Source: Rhina ancylostomus (Eukaryota). Taken from it: a DNA stretch of 64,000 bases. Shown piece after piece: positions 24,191-37,527 of the stretch (position 1 is its first letter; every line of letters starts with the position of its first letter). The notes beneath the pieces were generated by a model, which searched no databases, was not told the origin of the DNA, and was given only the letters and a program-made list of their open reading frames with translations. The DNA is taken from contig JARFYF010000017.1 in the NCBI GenBank assembly GCA_030265395.1, positions 11,423,111-11,487,110 of the forward strand, in the 5' to 3' direction. Both the position numbers and the translations under genes were made by a program.

Positions 24191-27100
24191 AAATGAAAAG
24201 ACTAGGCACACCTTTCAGGTCAGTGAAATCAGAACTCTGCATCTGGAACAGATGTGGGCAGGGCCTTTGGGCAATAGGCCGTTTTCAGGAAGATCCAATG
24301 CAACAACTAACCTTATCTGAACACAAAAATATTCATCATAGTGCAAAGGCTTTCTAAGGTACTCCCTTAGACCATAAAATGAAGTACAGATCCTCCTGCT
24401 ACTAGCAATATCTTCAAACTGATCATGGCCAGTATGCCAGTATAGCAACAAAAGCAATTGAAAAGTAAACTGCCGGACAACTAATTCTAGACATCTCCAA
24501 TGCAGGTCAGAGTAGCAACTGTGACTGGCTGTAATTTTTCTCATATTGAAGTGTTTGAATCCAATTCCGATTAATTCGGCACAGCCTTGTGGGCCGAAGG
24601 GCCTGAATTGTGCCGTAGTTTTTCTATGTTCTAAATGTCATTTTATTTTAAACAGAATTCCCAGTAAAATGAAAGTTGATACTGAAAAAGTATCTGAAAA
24701 AACTGGAAAAGCTTCAAGGTTGTTGATGTCCTTTGAGACATGGTTTCAATTCTGTAATAATTCTAACCAAATGAATATCAGGAAAAGAAATGGGGTGCGT
24801 GAGAATCAGAACAACTTGAACAACATATTGAGCCAGTGCCTCCGTGGGAATTAAGCATGTGTGCCATGGAAGTCCCAGAGTGGTGGCGTAAGTTAATTGT
24901 GGCAATTTCTGTGAAACTGTCTTCACTGCCAACTCCCCTGTGCCAGGTGATTTAAAGGCCCCAAGAGATGAGGGCAGTAGCGGGGCCAAGACAAGTGGGT
25001 TGAATCGATCAAGTTATCAATCCCAGCAGGTGCAGCCCCATTACTTCTGAGGCCATCAGTCCAACCAGTTGAGAGGATGAAAGATGGAAGAGGAATGGTG
25101 GGCAGAGGCAGAGTGGGGGAAATAAAATAATTCTTCATAAGTGGAATTTTGAGTAGGAAACAGTCAAATATATGTTAGTCCTCACACAATCCAGTGCTGC
25201 ACATGTGCTGTCTCAAATTTGGCCATCAGACTTCTATTTACACAGCTTCCTCTGAAGTCACTGAACAAAACAAAAAGTGCTTTGATGTTGAAAAACATTG
25301 CTAGTCTTCTACTGACACAGATGGCTACCAGCTACTTGACCGAAAACCACAGTGCTCTGAAATTTACCTGCATCTTCAAGCAGAGGCTACAATCACACAA
25401 TAAACAATCAAATTACCTCTTGTGCAAATGCGCTCAAAGACTGGGTGTTCTGCAGCTGACAAATAACTGGCATGAGACAAACATATGGACAGTTGGGGCC
25501 CCATTGAAATATCAATGGAAAATCTGGGCCATTGTTAACTCGTAACATGTCACAGATAAACTCAGTTGAGAAGGCAAATTAAAGCTTCAATTTCAGAAAA
25601 CGGCAGAATGAAGACTGAACGAACACACTGAACCTCGTTTAGCACTCAGGGTACATTGCCATGAATGAAAGTGTGAATGGAATCACTGCTAAGAATGTTA
25701 TTGTAGCATTCTGAGTTGAGGTGTGTTAGTGACAGTGATGCTGTGCTTGGAATGCAACATGGGCTGCCCTGCCCACTGCTGTGCCAGGAAGCTGCTATGA
25801 ATTCATGACTCGATGTGGAGAGGCTGCTCACGAGGGTGAGGGTTAAGCAGGTGGGGGGGCAAACAGTGTGGCCACTCAGCACTCCACAAGTCACTCCAAA
25901 CCCAGAGATTCTTCGACGGTAACAAACTCAAAATCGTGGTCATTAGCCTTCGAACTCATACTTCCAACCAGAGAGACAGACACTGGTTCCCTCACATCCA
26001 GCAAGAGGCGATGAGAGAGAAAACCATGGGACCTGTGCAATTTTTCAACAATTTTTCAACAGAGAAGGGGCTGTCAGTCAGCAGAGACATTTACAGGCCA
26101 GGGTGCATCACTGAGGCCCCCATCTCAGTACTCAGTGGCTGCAGCGCTGGGCCTAACCTGCCCAATGCCAGCCCTCGCACACACAGCTGTGGGCAATTCA
26201 TTGTTACAAGGCAAAAGTTCACCCCATCTCCCAACAGTATGCCACCTGAACAATGTCTGTTTTAAACTGCAGGAGGGTACGTACCTTTGAGTGTTTGCAC
26301 TGGAGGACCAAGAGTGCTAGAATGAATCTTCTTGGTAACACTAAGAGGGGTATTTATGTGTTGTTCAAAATAGTGGATGGACTTGAAGAGGTGTGGAGTG
26401 GTACAGTACAGCATTCAAATACTTGNNNNNNNNNNTTGGCTACTTTGACAGACTCAGTTTTGTCTGATTCATATTTTGTTGACCTCATGCCCCTCCCTCC
26501 TCTTCCCCCTCCCCCTTCCCCTTCTTTTCCCAGGTCCAGATGTGCTGCTGCAACCATTTGTTTTCTATAGAAAAGAAATTTTCTACTGAACAATTGGAAA
26601 AGATCATGTGCAATATACCAATATCATAACATCAACACGGATGATTTCCTTTTCCAGCAATATGCTGAAAGTAAATAATTGATACAGAGTAAGTTGTAAA
26701 TTAAAGCACTCAAACTGACCTAATTTCTAAACAGATAAGCAGTTTCTTCCTTCCAACTTAGATCTTTAATGTCTGCTGTTTTTCAGCAAACCATGGAAAT
26801 GACATAGGATGTAATTTTCATTTTCACACCATTGGTTTCAGTAGGATGAAAATTAGAAAGGTTCAATGACAGGCAATTGAGCCCCTACTACATTACCACT
26901 TAGTGGTGAGACTGGAAATGACTTCATACAGTATTACATTCATAGGTATTACATTCAGCATAAACCTTATTACAGTATGAAATAAACAGCATCTAATTAC
27001 ATACTGGTCATTATTTTGTGAAATTGGAGCTTGATAAATAATATTTCAGTAACACAGAGCATATTCTGCATGAGGTGCAACTGTAGTCTAAACAGTGCAT

Positions 27101-29538
27101 ATATCAGCAACTGGGCTACAATTACAATCCTTTAAAGAATAACTTCAGTTTTACAGAAAAGCAGACTCCATTGCAGGAATAAAAACATAGAATCAAGGGC
27201 ATGACCATATACTGTATATCTGTTGGTTCAAACTAATTTTATTAACAAAAAAAATTCAGCAATTTAAAGCTAACATTTAAATAAAACAACCTAAGGAACA
27301 TACATTTATCATTTTAACTACTTAATACAATTTAAATTATGCCACTTCCAATTAAGGAGTGTAGACTGCAGACGAACTTACATCCAACATTGTGCACTGT
27401 TTCCCAATTTCCTTAATCCTTCTTATTCACAATAAGAGTGAAGAACAAAAGTGTATAAAAACTTCAATTAAGTACAAAGTTAAAGTGCTATCCTGGACCA
27501 ATTTAGTACGATATAAAGATTAGAAACTCTCAAACGTCTCTCCTTAACTAGTTCCACCTACATCAGTGCCTTGAAGATATTCTGTCAACAGCATAAGACT
27601 TTAAGGTAAGGGTGGATTTATTGGATTTCCTCCCCGCTTTCTATCCCCACGAGGATACAGTCACCGCAATAAGGCACAAACTTAGTGGCTGAATGAAACT
27701 AAAGAGGTCATCATGGTGGTACATAGAAGCTCATAAAGAAACAACTGATCTAGCCAACCAGGAACAAGATCAATAAGCACACAGAACTGGAGAGAATGCA
27801 CTGGAAGAACGGATGCCAATTATAATGTCTATCTAGAGATGTGGGTACAGCATACAGTCAAGTGTGCTGTGACCCAGGGATACTGGGATTGATGGGAAGA
27901 AGCAGTAGGTCACCTATTAACAGGATGCCTAATGTAGCTTCTTAGTTGTGACTGGGGAAGGATCATAAGGTTTAAAACTCTGTGAGTACTGGTACACAGT
28001 AACCAATCATTATATCTGAACCATGAGCTGGAGAGTGCCTTGGGATTACAAGGCTGAAGGAGAATGTGTTTTCCAGAGATATATTGCACAGCAGGGTTTA
28101 ACAAACAACTTTAAGAACAGAAATTTTAAGGCAGAGGCTAAACCCTTTGACATCTAAAAGTACAATGCTCACTGATGTTATCAATAAGATAAGAATTTGA
28201 ACAGTTTTTTATGATGCAATTTAGTGGTAAGATCACAAGAACTTTTTATGGAAAAATAGAAAATATTTAATTGTAGTAAAAAAAATTGTTTGTGTTTGCT
28301 ACAAATTCTTGATTACCATTTTTATTGCAACAATGTCAACAAAGCAGACCACAAAGTTAGGAAGTACAACAGGAACAGATGACAGTTGATCATGCCAACA
28401 GACTCAGTCACTAACCAAACCAGCTCTCCCAATGTTACTCCTGGTGTTTATTTTGTTTATAAAATCCAAAACTTAGTTGGAAGCACACCAGTGGATCGAT
28501 AGGGTAAATTTTTTTTTACAATCAGAACTTTGGAAGCAAGGACTTTTCATGTGATTTTGCACATCATACCACACACGTAGATATAATATTGAGCATCAAT
28601 CTCCAGTTTTCATTAGACCATTTTATTTTTGATGAAAATAATTAATTTATAAAGTACCCCCTTTGGGATAACTGTTTCATATTCAAGTCCACACAGCTAG
28701 AAATTGGAACTATTGGAACTACACAGTCTGACTTCAGTGAAAATCAAATGTGTTTGAAACAAAATCAGACTCTTCATATGATTTCCATGGATCATGATTT
28801 GCATTCCTGATCTCTGTGTATCTGACACACCAAAGGGGATGTGCACAATTGCATGCATCGTATACTGCCTTGTGCTTCCATTCTTTCCCACATTCATGGG
28901 CATTGGCATCTGTGGGTAAATCACTCATACAGAAGCAGACACAGGAGTGAGCCGTACCCGAGTACTGTACAATAGCTCATGACTCATCCAAAAACACTAC
29001 TCAAGCTATCCTACTGATCTGCTACTCAACTCCAGTCCATCTACTAACCCTCACTCCTCACCATAACTGCAAGCAAAACAAAATCCCAACCACCAACCTC
29101 ACCCACAACTACAAATCCCACCCCCAGCGATCCTCATCGGCTCATCCTTGTTCTCCCTTGGCTTTGCAGCAGGTGAATGTAATGAGAAGTACAATTGGTT
29201 CCATCCTGGGGGGTGACGTTCATTGTGATAAAAGCTCAGAAATTGTGCACACATATTCCAAATGTTAAGACATCACTGGATATACATAACGATGCAACAT
29301 TAGAACTGCATCAGAGCAATATGACAACTAGCAACCACAATCCCAATTGGCAATGCAAGTATAATTTGACCCTCTGCACCAGAAACAAAATAGGAAGCAG
29401 CTTGATTTGCTAATTGTGGAACTCTCAAAACATTTCAAAATCACTTAGAAATGAAGTAAAATTGAACATTAAATAGCGGAGAGAGAAAAGCAGTATGGAT
29501 GCTGAAAAAACTGAGTGGGTTTTTCACCCAAAACTAAC

Positions 29539-29724
29539 CTGTGCGACTCAGAGGATACAATAATAACCCTCGCAGGTATTGAACGGCGCAGAACGTCTTG
29601 AAGCAGCTGCACCAGGTAGAAATGCCCCAAGTGATTGACTTGAAAAGTGGTTTCAAGGCCATCCACTGTCAATTGCCATGGAGAACCAAACACAGCGGCA
29701 TTGCAGATCAACACATGAAGGGGT
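29539..29724 (-). CDS. WWOX: WWOX internal coding exon (orthologous to human exon 7, short-chain dehydrogenase/reductase domain)
   Basis: Translates to [62 protein letters not shown], nearly identical to vertebrate WWOX. Acceptor on the minus strand is tttttgttgtgttttttccatAG|A, donor is AG|GTTAGT. Length is 186 nt, phase 2-2, as in human exon 7. Confidence 0.97.
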
Positions 29725-30386
29725 CTATGGAAAAAACACAACAAAAATCTCTCAAACTTTTAGAAGTGGACACGAAAGAACATTTTTTTGAAACAACTTG
29801 GGCTTGAAGAAAGATTGTGAATGGAAGCAGAGACAATGCAAGTAGTTATAAAAATATGGAATCAGAGCAAGTACATGGGATTGGTCCCAATGCTCATGTA
29901 GAGGATACACCCTAGCACAGCCTATTTCACTGGTGAAACTCCACACCAATTCTGTGCTACTCTCAGTGCCAGAAATGTTCTGAAATTCACAGCATTCATT
30001 CTCAAAAGTGTAAAGTTCATGAGATACAAACATTTTTTTATAAATGCTTTTTAAAAATGCCATAAACATTGAATCTTTTTTGATAACCAAACATGTAAAC
30101 TGTACATAATTTTATTTCAACCTGTACATCTCAGCAGGCCATAATTGAGGTTATCAATCAAAACGTCACTGTAGTGCATAGGGAGAACAGTAAGAAAAAA
30201 AGCATAACTAACATTTTGTTAAACTGTGTACCATACATTTTAGATGATTTCTCTTTCTTCCAAGACTGCAGTAGTCACATTTTACTGACAGAAGTTGAGC
30301 GTTATTGCAGACAATCCTTTCAGTATTTAAGTGATAAGTTTGATGAACTGAACCCCTTTGAAAGTTTAATGGTAGCTCAGCATTTG

Positions 30387-30685
30387 ACTTCTTCGAGGAT
30401 ATCTTCAAGAAGGCAGCATCCATCACTAAGGACCCTCACCATCCGGGACATGCCCTCTTCTTATAACTACCATCGGGGAGGAAGTACAGGAGCCTGAAGA
30501 CCACACTCAATGATTTCGGAACAGCTTCTTCCCCTCTACCATCAGATTTCTGAATGGTCCATGAAACTACTTCCTAAATTCCCTTTTTTGCAACTATTTA
30601 TTTATTTTGCATAGTAGTTTTATATCTTTGCTCTGTACTGCTGCTGCAAAAGAACAAATTTTATGATAATAAACCTGATTCTGAA
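30387..30685 (+). mobile_element. Rex1/Babar-like LINE 3' portion
   Basis: Homologous to 5594-6030 (aaggcagcatccatcactaaggaccctcaccatccgggacatgcc...aataaacctgattctga). Confidence 0.8.
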
Positions 30686-32432
30686 TTTCTTACACTGTAA
30701 CAATTGGCTGTGATCAAAGATGCAACTATTCCTATAATGTAAAANNNNNNNNNNNNNNNNNNNNNNNNNNNNNNNNNNNNNNNNNNNNNNNNNNNNNNNN
30801 NNNGGTGTTGAATTTCTCCTGCAGAGGGCATTGGCATTCATCCCAGGTACACAGAGAAATGGGTCTGTGGCATTTGGTGGGCTCTGTGGTTCATTTAAAG
30901 TTCAAACATTGTAGAGGATGCAATCAGCGAGAACACCAACTGAAATGTACAATCCTTAAGCAGTTTGCATATCAGCGTTGTGTCAGGCCTGAAATTGAGA
31001 GTAAACAGCTGTGATACAAGATGAGAGAAAGAGAGAGAGAGTTGGAAGGAAAGAACCAGCAACTCACAGCACAGTTCTCATCATTATGAGCACGACTGTT
31101 ATTCATTACTCAGGGAACAAATTTATTCCAGAATTTCTCTTTTCAAATCCCCAAATGTGGCATAAATTTACCTGTCCTCACCACTTTTATCAACCTCAGA
31201 CTAAACTAAACCAAGCAAAACATTGCAAAGTATTTTATCTGAATTTATTCACTTATGAAGATAAAATTATTGCTTTAATGTAATGTGCGACAAAGTAGCT
31301 ACAAGAAATCGCAAAATGTGGATCTCTGAAAAATCCTAACAACCCAAGGGTCCTTTAAAAATTTATGAACATTTCATAAGAACAGTACTATATTTTCCAT
31401 AATGGTAATTTTACAACTAGAACAAAATGAAGCATTTAATTTGCGGACATAAATGGAGGACTTCAATTTCAGATTTTTATTGTTATTAATATTATGCTGA
31501 ACAAGTCATATTCTGTGAAGTCTGTCCCATTGCCAGTCCAACTGCAACTAAGAAAAATAAACAGATCTTCATGATGTCCTCTGCAGTGATTTAAAGAAAT
31601 CAACAAAAATAAAGCTCTGTTCATTTCGACCAGAGTTACATAACATTGATCTACTTAATGTCTTCCTCAATTCATAATCTACTTGCAAAATTATGAAAGA
31701 TTAAAATGTTACACCACTCCATACTGATGTTACACCGCTGCATTCTTCCTAGATCCCAGCCAGACCCCCTTTATGCCAGATTTGTTTTTCTATGTTTGCG
31801 GATGCATGAAGCTCATCCTGGAATTCTCAGCAGGACTTGATGGAAATTCCTTCAGACACAAATGCATCAATCATTCCTCCTTTACTCATTTTCCCCTACC
31901 TGTTATACAACATTTGATGTAATCACCACAGAGCCTATTTCACACAAGCAGCAATTTTAGGGACCAATTGTCAAAACCCATGCAAGCAAAGAGGGAATTT
32001 TCACATTCAATCCTTCAGGGGAGATGTATGTGGAAAAATCTTTGAGCTCAAAGTGCAAGATCCATCCAGGGATTGTCTTGCTGCATGAGAGGAAAACAGA
32101 TAATGTTTAAAACAGCTGTGATATTTCTCATACAATTAATTTCTAAAATTTTCAAAATTATTTCTAAATTCATTATTAAAGCAAGGAGCAAGCAAACAGG
32201 GATAAATTGGATTCAGATTGANNNNNNNNNNNNNNNNNNNNNNNNNNNNNNNNNNNNNNNNNNNNNNNNNNNNNNNNNNNNNNNNNNNNNNNNNNNNNNN
32301 NNNNNNNNNNNNNNNNNNNNNAATAAATTGGATTCAGATTGACTGAATAAGCATTAGACAGGGTAAAAGAAACATTCTCTGAAAATGTATAACCAAGTCC
32401 CGAATAAGCTCATCTTTTCAACATATAAATTA

Positions 32433-32705
32433 AAGATTTCTTTATTAGTCACACGTGCATCGAAACACACAGTGAAACGCATCTTTTGCGTAGAGTATTC
32501 AGGGGGCAGCCCACAAATCTCACCACGCTTCTGGCCAACATAGTTTGCCCACAACTTCCTAACCGGTACGTCTTTGGAATGTGGGAGGAAACCCACACAG
32601 ACACGGGAGAACGTATCAACTCCTTACAGACAGTGGCCGGAATTGAACCTGGGTCACTGGCTCTGTGATAGCATTACGCCGACCGTTACACTACCATGTC
32701 TGCCC
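32433..32705 (-). mobile_element. Near full-length tRNA-derived V-SINE, young family
   Basis: Head with A-box-like ggtagtgtaacggtc and B-box-like ggttcaattcc, V-domain, and tail ...gtgtgactaataaag. Confidence 0.92.
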
Positions 32706-32899
32706 TTATTATATATTTATTTAAATTAATTATTTAGATGCAAGATTAATTACTTAATTGCTAAGAAAGATTAATAATTATTTAAATTAATTATTTAGGT
32801 GCAAAAATAGACCACTGGTCTGTAAATCAAGGTTTTCAACAAACACTGTTAGGAAACACAGCAGTGTAGAAAGATCATAACAGGAAGGGAGAAAGGGAC

Positions 32900-33580
32900 A
32901 CAAATAGTCTGGGAACATAACTATGGAATTCAGTGTGGGAGAGTATAAGATCATACGTGGGACTGAGGTAGTAATCGATACAAACCATCAGTAAATGATG
33001 CAAAGATAATCAAAAAGCCAAATGATTTTAGCTCAAAGGGATTAGAATTCCAAAGTGAGGATGTGCTATTTGAGATGTGCGTAGCCTTTGAGTTATAGGT
33101 ATCAGTCCTCAGAAAAGACATAATACCTCAGGAGAGGTCCAAAGGAAATTCATCAGATTGATACCAGAGTATAAAGAGTTAAATTATGCCAGGTCATGTA
33201 AACTTGACTGGTATTCCCTCAAGATTAAATGATTGATCTAATTTAGGAGCTTAAAATGGTAAAAGATTTCAATAGGGAGGATGTTGAGAAAGAGATGGAT
33301 ATAGAGCAACTATTTTTTTGTGAGAGGATCTCCAAGCTAAGTCAGAGCAAAAGCAAGAAATATTTCTTTGCACATTAAGGCTAGTGGAAGTCTGGAAGTT
33401 ACTCCCTCGAAGGGTTACAGATGCTGGGGGAATTGTAATTTTTAAGACTGAGATTAATAGATTTTTCTTAAGGAAGAATATCAAGGGATATGAAACAAAG
33501 AGGAGTAAATGGAGTTAAGGTGTAGATCAACCATGATCTAATTGAATGGCAGAGGAGGCTCAAGGGGCTGATATTCCTTA
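32900..33580 (+). mobile_element. Old CR1 LINE fragment
   Basis: aaaggaaattcatcagattgatacc; ttttaagactgagattaatagattt; gatcaaccatgatctaattgaatggcagagga. Confidence 0.7.
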
Positions 33581-36257
33581 TACTTAAAAATTGTCAAGAT
33601 AAAAGTTATGCTCTGAAAGCAAAATACTTAAAAATAACCTCCAAACTNNNNNNNNNNNNNNNNNNNNNNNNNNNNATGACTTTTGTGTTGGTTTGTTTCC
33701 AAAAAATATATAAATTGTTGGGGCTGATCAATGGGAGAAATGTCTTGGAGGAGTTATTGAGCCCAGGATTCAGAAAGAGATGAATTAATATCCGCAGAGA
33801 CAGTCATTAACCCAAAGTGCTTGAGGGATTGGGTGATTTCAACTATGTGTTAATTCATCTCCCTCAAACTGTCAGGCTCAGTTACTCCTCCTTGACAGTT
33901 CTTTCAACTTAGTCATCGGCAGTCAACGTTTGAACAAAAATGCTCAAGATGTTGACAAGGAATATATAAAAACAAAATTTGAAAGTTAAATCAAATCTAT
34001 TTTGTAATTTGTATCTGTTAAACACAAAACTTGCAATAAAAACAACTACTTTCTTATCTTTTTGCTGAATACACCAAAAAAGTATTAAGAATTTCACACA
34101 CACTGATGCATAGGATTCAGCTTATTTCAAAAAAGATATCAATTTAGTATGTTGCCCATTAAATGCCATGGATTGTATACGTAGGACAATTTAACACTGA
34201 TGTTACAATATTCACAATCCTGAGTCAGGCCTTCAATAACTTCCAAGTGCTGAACACATTTTGTTTAATACCAGTCTTTCCATTTAGTGACTGATTTAAT
34301 GACAAAATAAAAAGATTTTTTACTCTGACCATAAGCAGTCATTGATCACACAAGGCTTCAAAACACAATATTTGAAGATTAGTTCACAGATGGGACTCTG
34401 AATACTATAAGTGGCAGAAGACAGGACAGACTCTGCTGCTAGTAAAAGAACACATGTTGGAAGAAACTGAAGGAAAGAGGCAAATTTTGGAAAAATTTTG
34501 AATGAACTGATAATTATACCAAGGAAGATAGCACACTATTTCTATTAAATGTCTGAACTGTAAGAATCAATGTCAAATAAATAGCCTCGTGTAACACTCT
34601 TAACATAATAACTCAGTTTTCATAAAATTACCCATCCTCGTAAAGCATTTGCCTTCTTCTCAGTAGTGACATGAATCACTATCGAGATCAGCCTGGAATA
34701 AGCTCTGTCAATATTGCCTCAAAGCTGCAGGTGTACGTCAACAGATAATGTTTGACTACTTTGACCCTGTGTTTGCTCAGAAAATGCTGAAGCTGGGAAC
34801 TGATACTTGTAAACTCAAATCTAAATGGACCATTTCAGCATCCAATATTTAGTGGATGAACTAGATACTTTGTATTTAATGTATACAAATCAATAAGGGC
34901 ATCGTTATTGATTAGCTAGAGTTTTTTTTTATGTAAAACCAACTGTATCAAACAATGTGTGCTTTTTCAATATCCATGAAATAACACAAGAATGAATTGA
35001 ACCAGAGGTCAAATAACTGAAAATCAAACATGATTACATACAATGAAATATAAAATGAAGGAATATAAACGTCAAGAAAGGTTAGATTATGTATATTTGA
35101 GTAAGTTCTTTGTTCTAAGATTGAAGGTTCGCAGCCACATACAGTTTACCTATCTTTCTTATCTTAATGTGCCTCTGCTTTTCAGCATTCAGCCTCATGC
35201 TTTTGATAATATATACATTCAATATGGGTCAATGTGCAGACATAATATTCAATATGGGTTAATCAGTAGTCTTATTGTAAAACTACTGATATGGGTCTGA
35301 GTTTTCCCGACATATCTCCCGACATTGGGAGATATTGCAATTTATGCTATGCACTAAAATCACCATTCTATGCTCTTGCATGTCACTGCTAAGAAAAAGT
35401 CTGAGTTTATTTGGAGATCAACTTAGTTTCAAGAGTAAGAAAAACTAGAGAAGAGTCAAGTAGTTCGTCTGCCTCATTTCTTTATCCCATTATCTTTTAG
35501 AAATAGCGGTAGGCTGTGAATTTATTTTTAAAATATATTTTGATGAATAATTAGGCAAATAATCCTTTTAAATTGTTTGTGAACTATTGCACTGATGTAT
35601 AGCTTGCCTTCCTTACACCTAGTTAATAACTAGAGAAATAGAAGCAACACGCTACCTGGCCACTCAAACCTGAACCAAATACTACTGATGAATGATCCTG
35701 TGCTTCAAACCCAATGTCCTGCACAATCTCCACACTCTACCTCAATTTCAGCCTGATATATACTTAATTTGGAGATAACATTCGGCACTGAAATGGTTAC
35801 AGTGGGAAAAATCAGTCATCAATGGACATATCTGTAATTGGCAGTTTTGAAATCAGCAGAGACTTTTTTTTTTAAGGACTGCAATATTCAGGCATTGTGC
35901 AGAAAGAAGATTGGCCATCATTTCTTCAGATATTGGAGGTGTGTATTGCAGGTTAAGACCAGTATTTACTGCCCATCTCTAAATGCCCTCAGGAAGATGG
36001 TGGTGAGCTGCCATTTTGCAGCAGTATGGAAATGCAGTGCATCCTGGTAAATTCTTTCGTCACCAGGAACTAGTGATGATTATTCAAAGGCATATTCATC
36101 ACATATAGTTATGATCAACAATATTTATTAAATGTCCTACCAATATTTTGGAGAAAATTAACAGTCACTGAGGTGTGTACATTCCTTTCCCTTCAGCTCT
36201 TCCAGTTTTCTATGGGTGCTTTTCCAGAACTTCCTCCAACAACCATTAACATCAGCA

Positions 36258-36350
36258 GGGCAGCATAGCGGTTAGTGTGACGCTATTACAGCGCCAGTGA
36301 GCCGGGTTCAATTCCCACTGCTGTCTGGAAGGAGTTTGTACGTTCTCCCC
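36258..36350 (+). mobile_element. V-SINE 5' head (cut by gap)
   Basis: gggcagcatagcggttagtgtgacgctattacagcgccagtgagccgggttcaattccc. Confidence 0.85.
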
Positions 36351-36450
36351 NNNNNNNNNNNNNNNNNNNNNNNNNNNNNNNNNNNNNNNNNNNNNNNNNN
36401 NNNNNNNNNNNNNNNNNNNNNNNNNNNNNNNNNNNNNNNNNNNNNNNNNN

Positions 36451-36528
36451 TTAATATTTTGTACACCTCTATCATGTCTCCTCTCATCCTCCTTCTCTCC
36501 AAAGAGTAAAGTCCTAGCTCCCTTAGTA
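36451..36528 (-). mobile_element. CR1 fragment (5'-truncated end)
   Basis: ORF LRELGLYSLERRRMRGDMIEVYKIL. Confidence 0.85.
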
Positions 36529-36579
36529 ATAAAGCCCTAGCTCCCTTAGTTATAATGACAATCTTTCTCATTCCCTGTC

Positions 36580-37490
36580 AGTCCTAATGCAGGGTCTCAA
36601 CCCAATACGTCAACTTATATCTTTTGCCTCCACAGATGTGCATGACCTGCTGTGTTCCAGCAAATACAATCTCTTTCATCTGGATCCAGGCTCTGCATGT
36701 CTCTTTATGGGATTAAAACAGTCCCTTCTTAGGACCTCTCGCAACTCTTCATCCAGTAGATTGATGACTGTATTGCTGCTGCTTCCCGTTCTTGTGCAGA
36801 ACTCAGAAGTTTCATCACCTATGTTGCTGCTCTCCACCCTGCTCTCATTTTCTCACAACTTTTCTCCAATTCTTTTCTGCCTTTCTTGACAACTCCATCT
36901 TCATCTTGGTTAGCAACCAGTGTCCATCACAAGCCCACAGACTCCCACAACTATTCTGCCTCCAGCTACTTCCACCCTACTTCCTGTAAGGAGATCCCCA
37001 GACGCACCATACCCTCTTCATCATTCTGAAGGACCCATTTTCTCTGCTTTTCCCTGGTTCACTCTTTCATTTTCACCATCCTTCAATCCCCTATTCATGT
37101 GCTTTACATGCAGTGCAACACTTGCCCTTTTATACATTCCTTTCCCACAATCGAAGAACCCAAACACTCCTTCCGGATGAAACAGTGATTCACCCACTCC
37201 TCTTCCAATTTTGTCTACTTCATTCAGTGCCCACAATATGACTCCTCTGCTCGGTAGAAAGCAAAAGCAGATTAGGTAACACCTTCTTTCACTCCTTAAG
37301 TGGCCCAGAGCTTCTAATGGCTGTCATTTTAATTTTCCATTCCATTTTGATCTCCTTGTTTTTGGCCTCGTCCAGTCATCCAATAAAAATTAATGTAAGC
37401 TCAAGGAATGTCATGTCATCTTCCAACTTGGCAAATTACACCCCTAGGACAACACTGAATTAAACATTTTTGGATAACCTACCTTTCCAA
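36580..37490 (+). mobile_element. Penelope-like element remnant: terminal repeat plus decayed GIY-YIG endonuclease region
   Basis: Terminal-repeat motif at 36580-36700. Region 37160-37480 encodes frameshifted SSNFVYFIQCPQ...ELLMAVHFN...KLKECHVIFQLGKLHP, as in PLE endonuclease C-termini. Confidence 0.65.
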
Positions 37491-37527
37491 TTTGTGTCAG
37501 AACTGGCCAATTCTGACGAAAGCATGC

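Larger units (their letters stand above)
1..29538 (-). other. WWOX: WWOX intron downstream of exon 7 (intron 7, partial)
   Basis: Starts at the GT donor (29538-29537). No exon-8-like peptide (AYNRSKLCNILF...HPGNM) appears in the ORF track or by eye. Confidence 0.8.

Noticed and set aside
28697-28928. Possible Harbinger transposase remnant
   Set aside because: Only vague motif resemblance; cannot be supported without a profile search.
29469-29744. Full 91-aa ORF as a standalone gene
   Set aside because: Only 29539-29724 matches WWOX; the flanks are intron read-through beyond the splice sites.
32202-32342. ataaattggattcagattga repeated
   Set aside because: Flanks a 100-N gap; an assembly overlap or the target duplication of an unassembled insert, not resolvable here.
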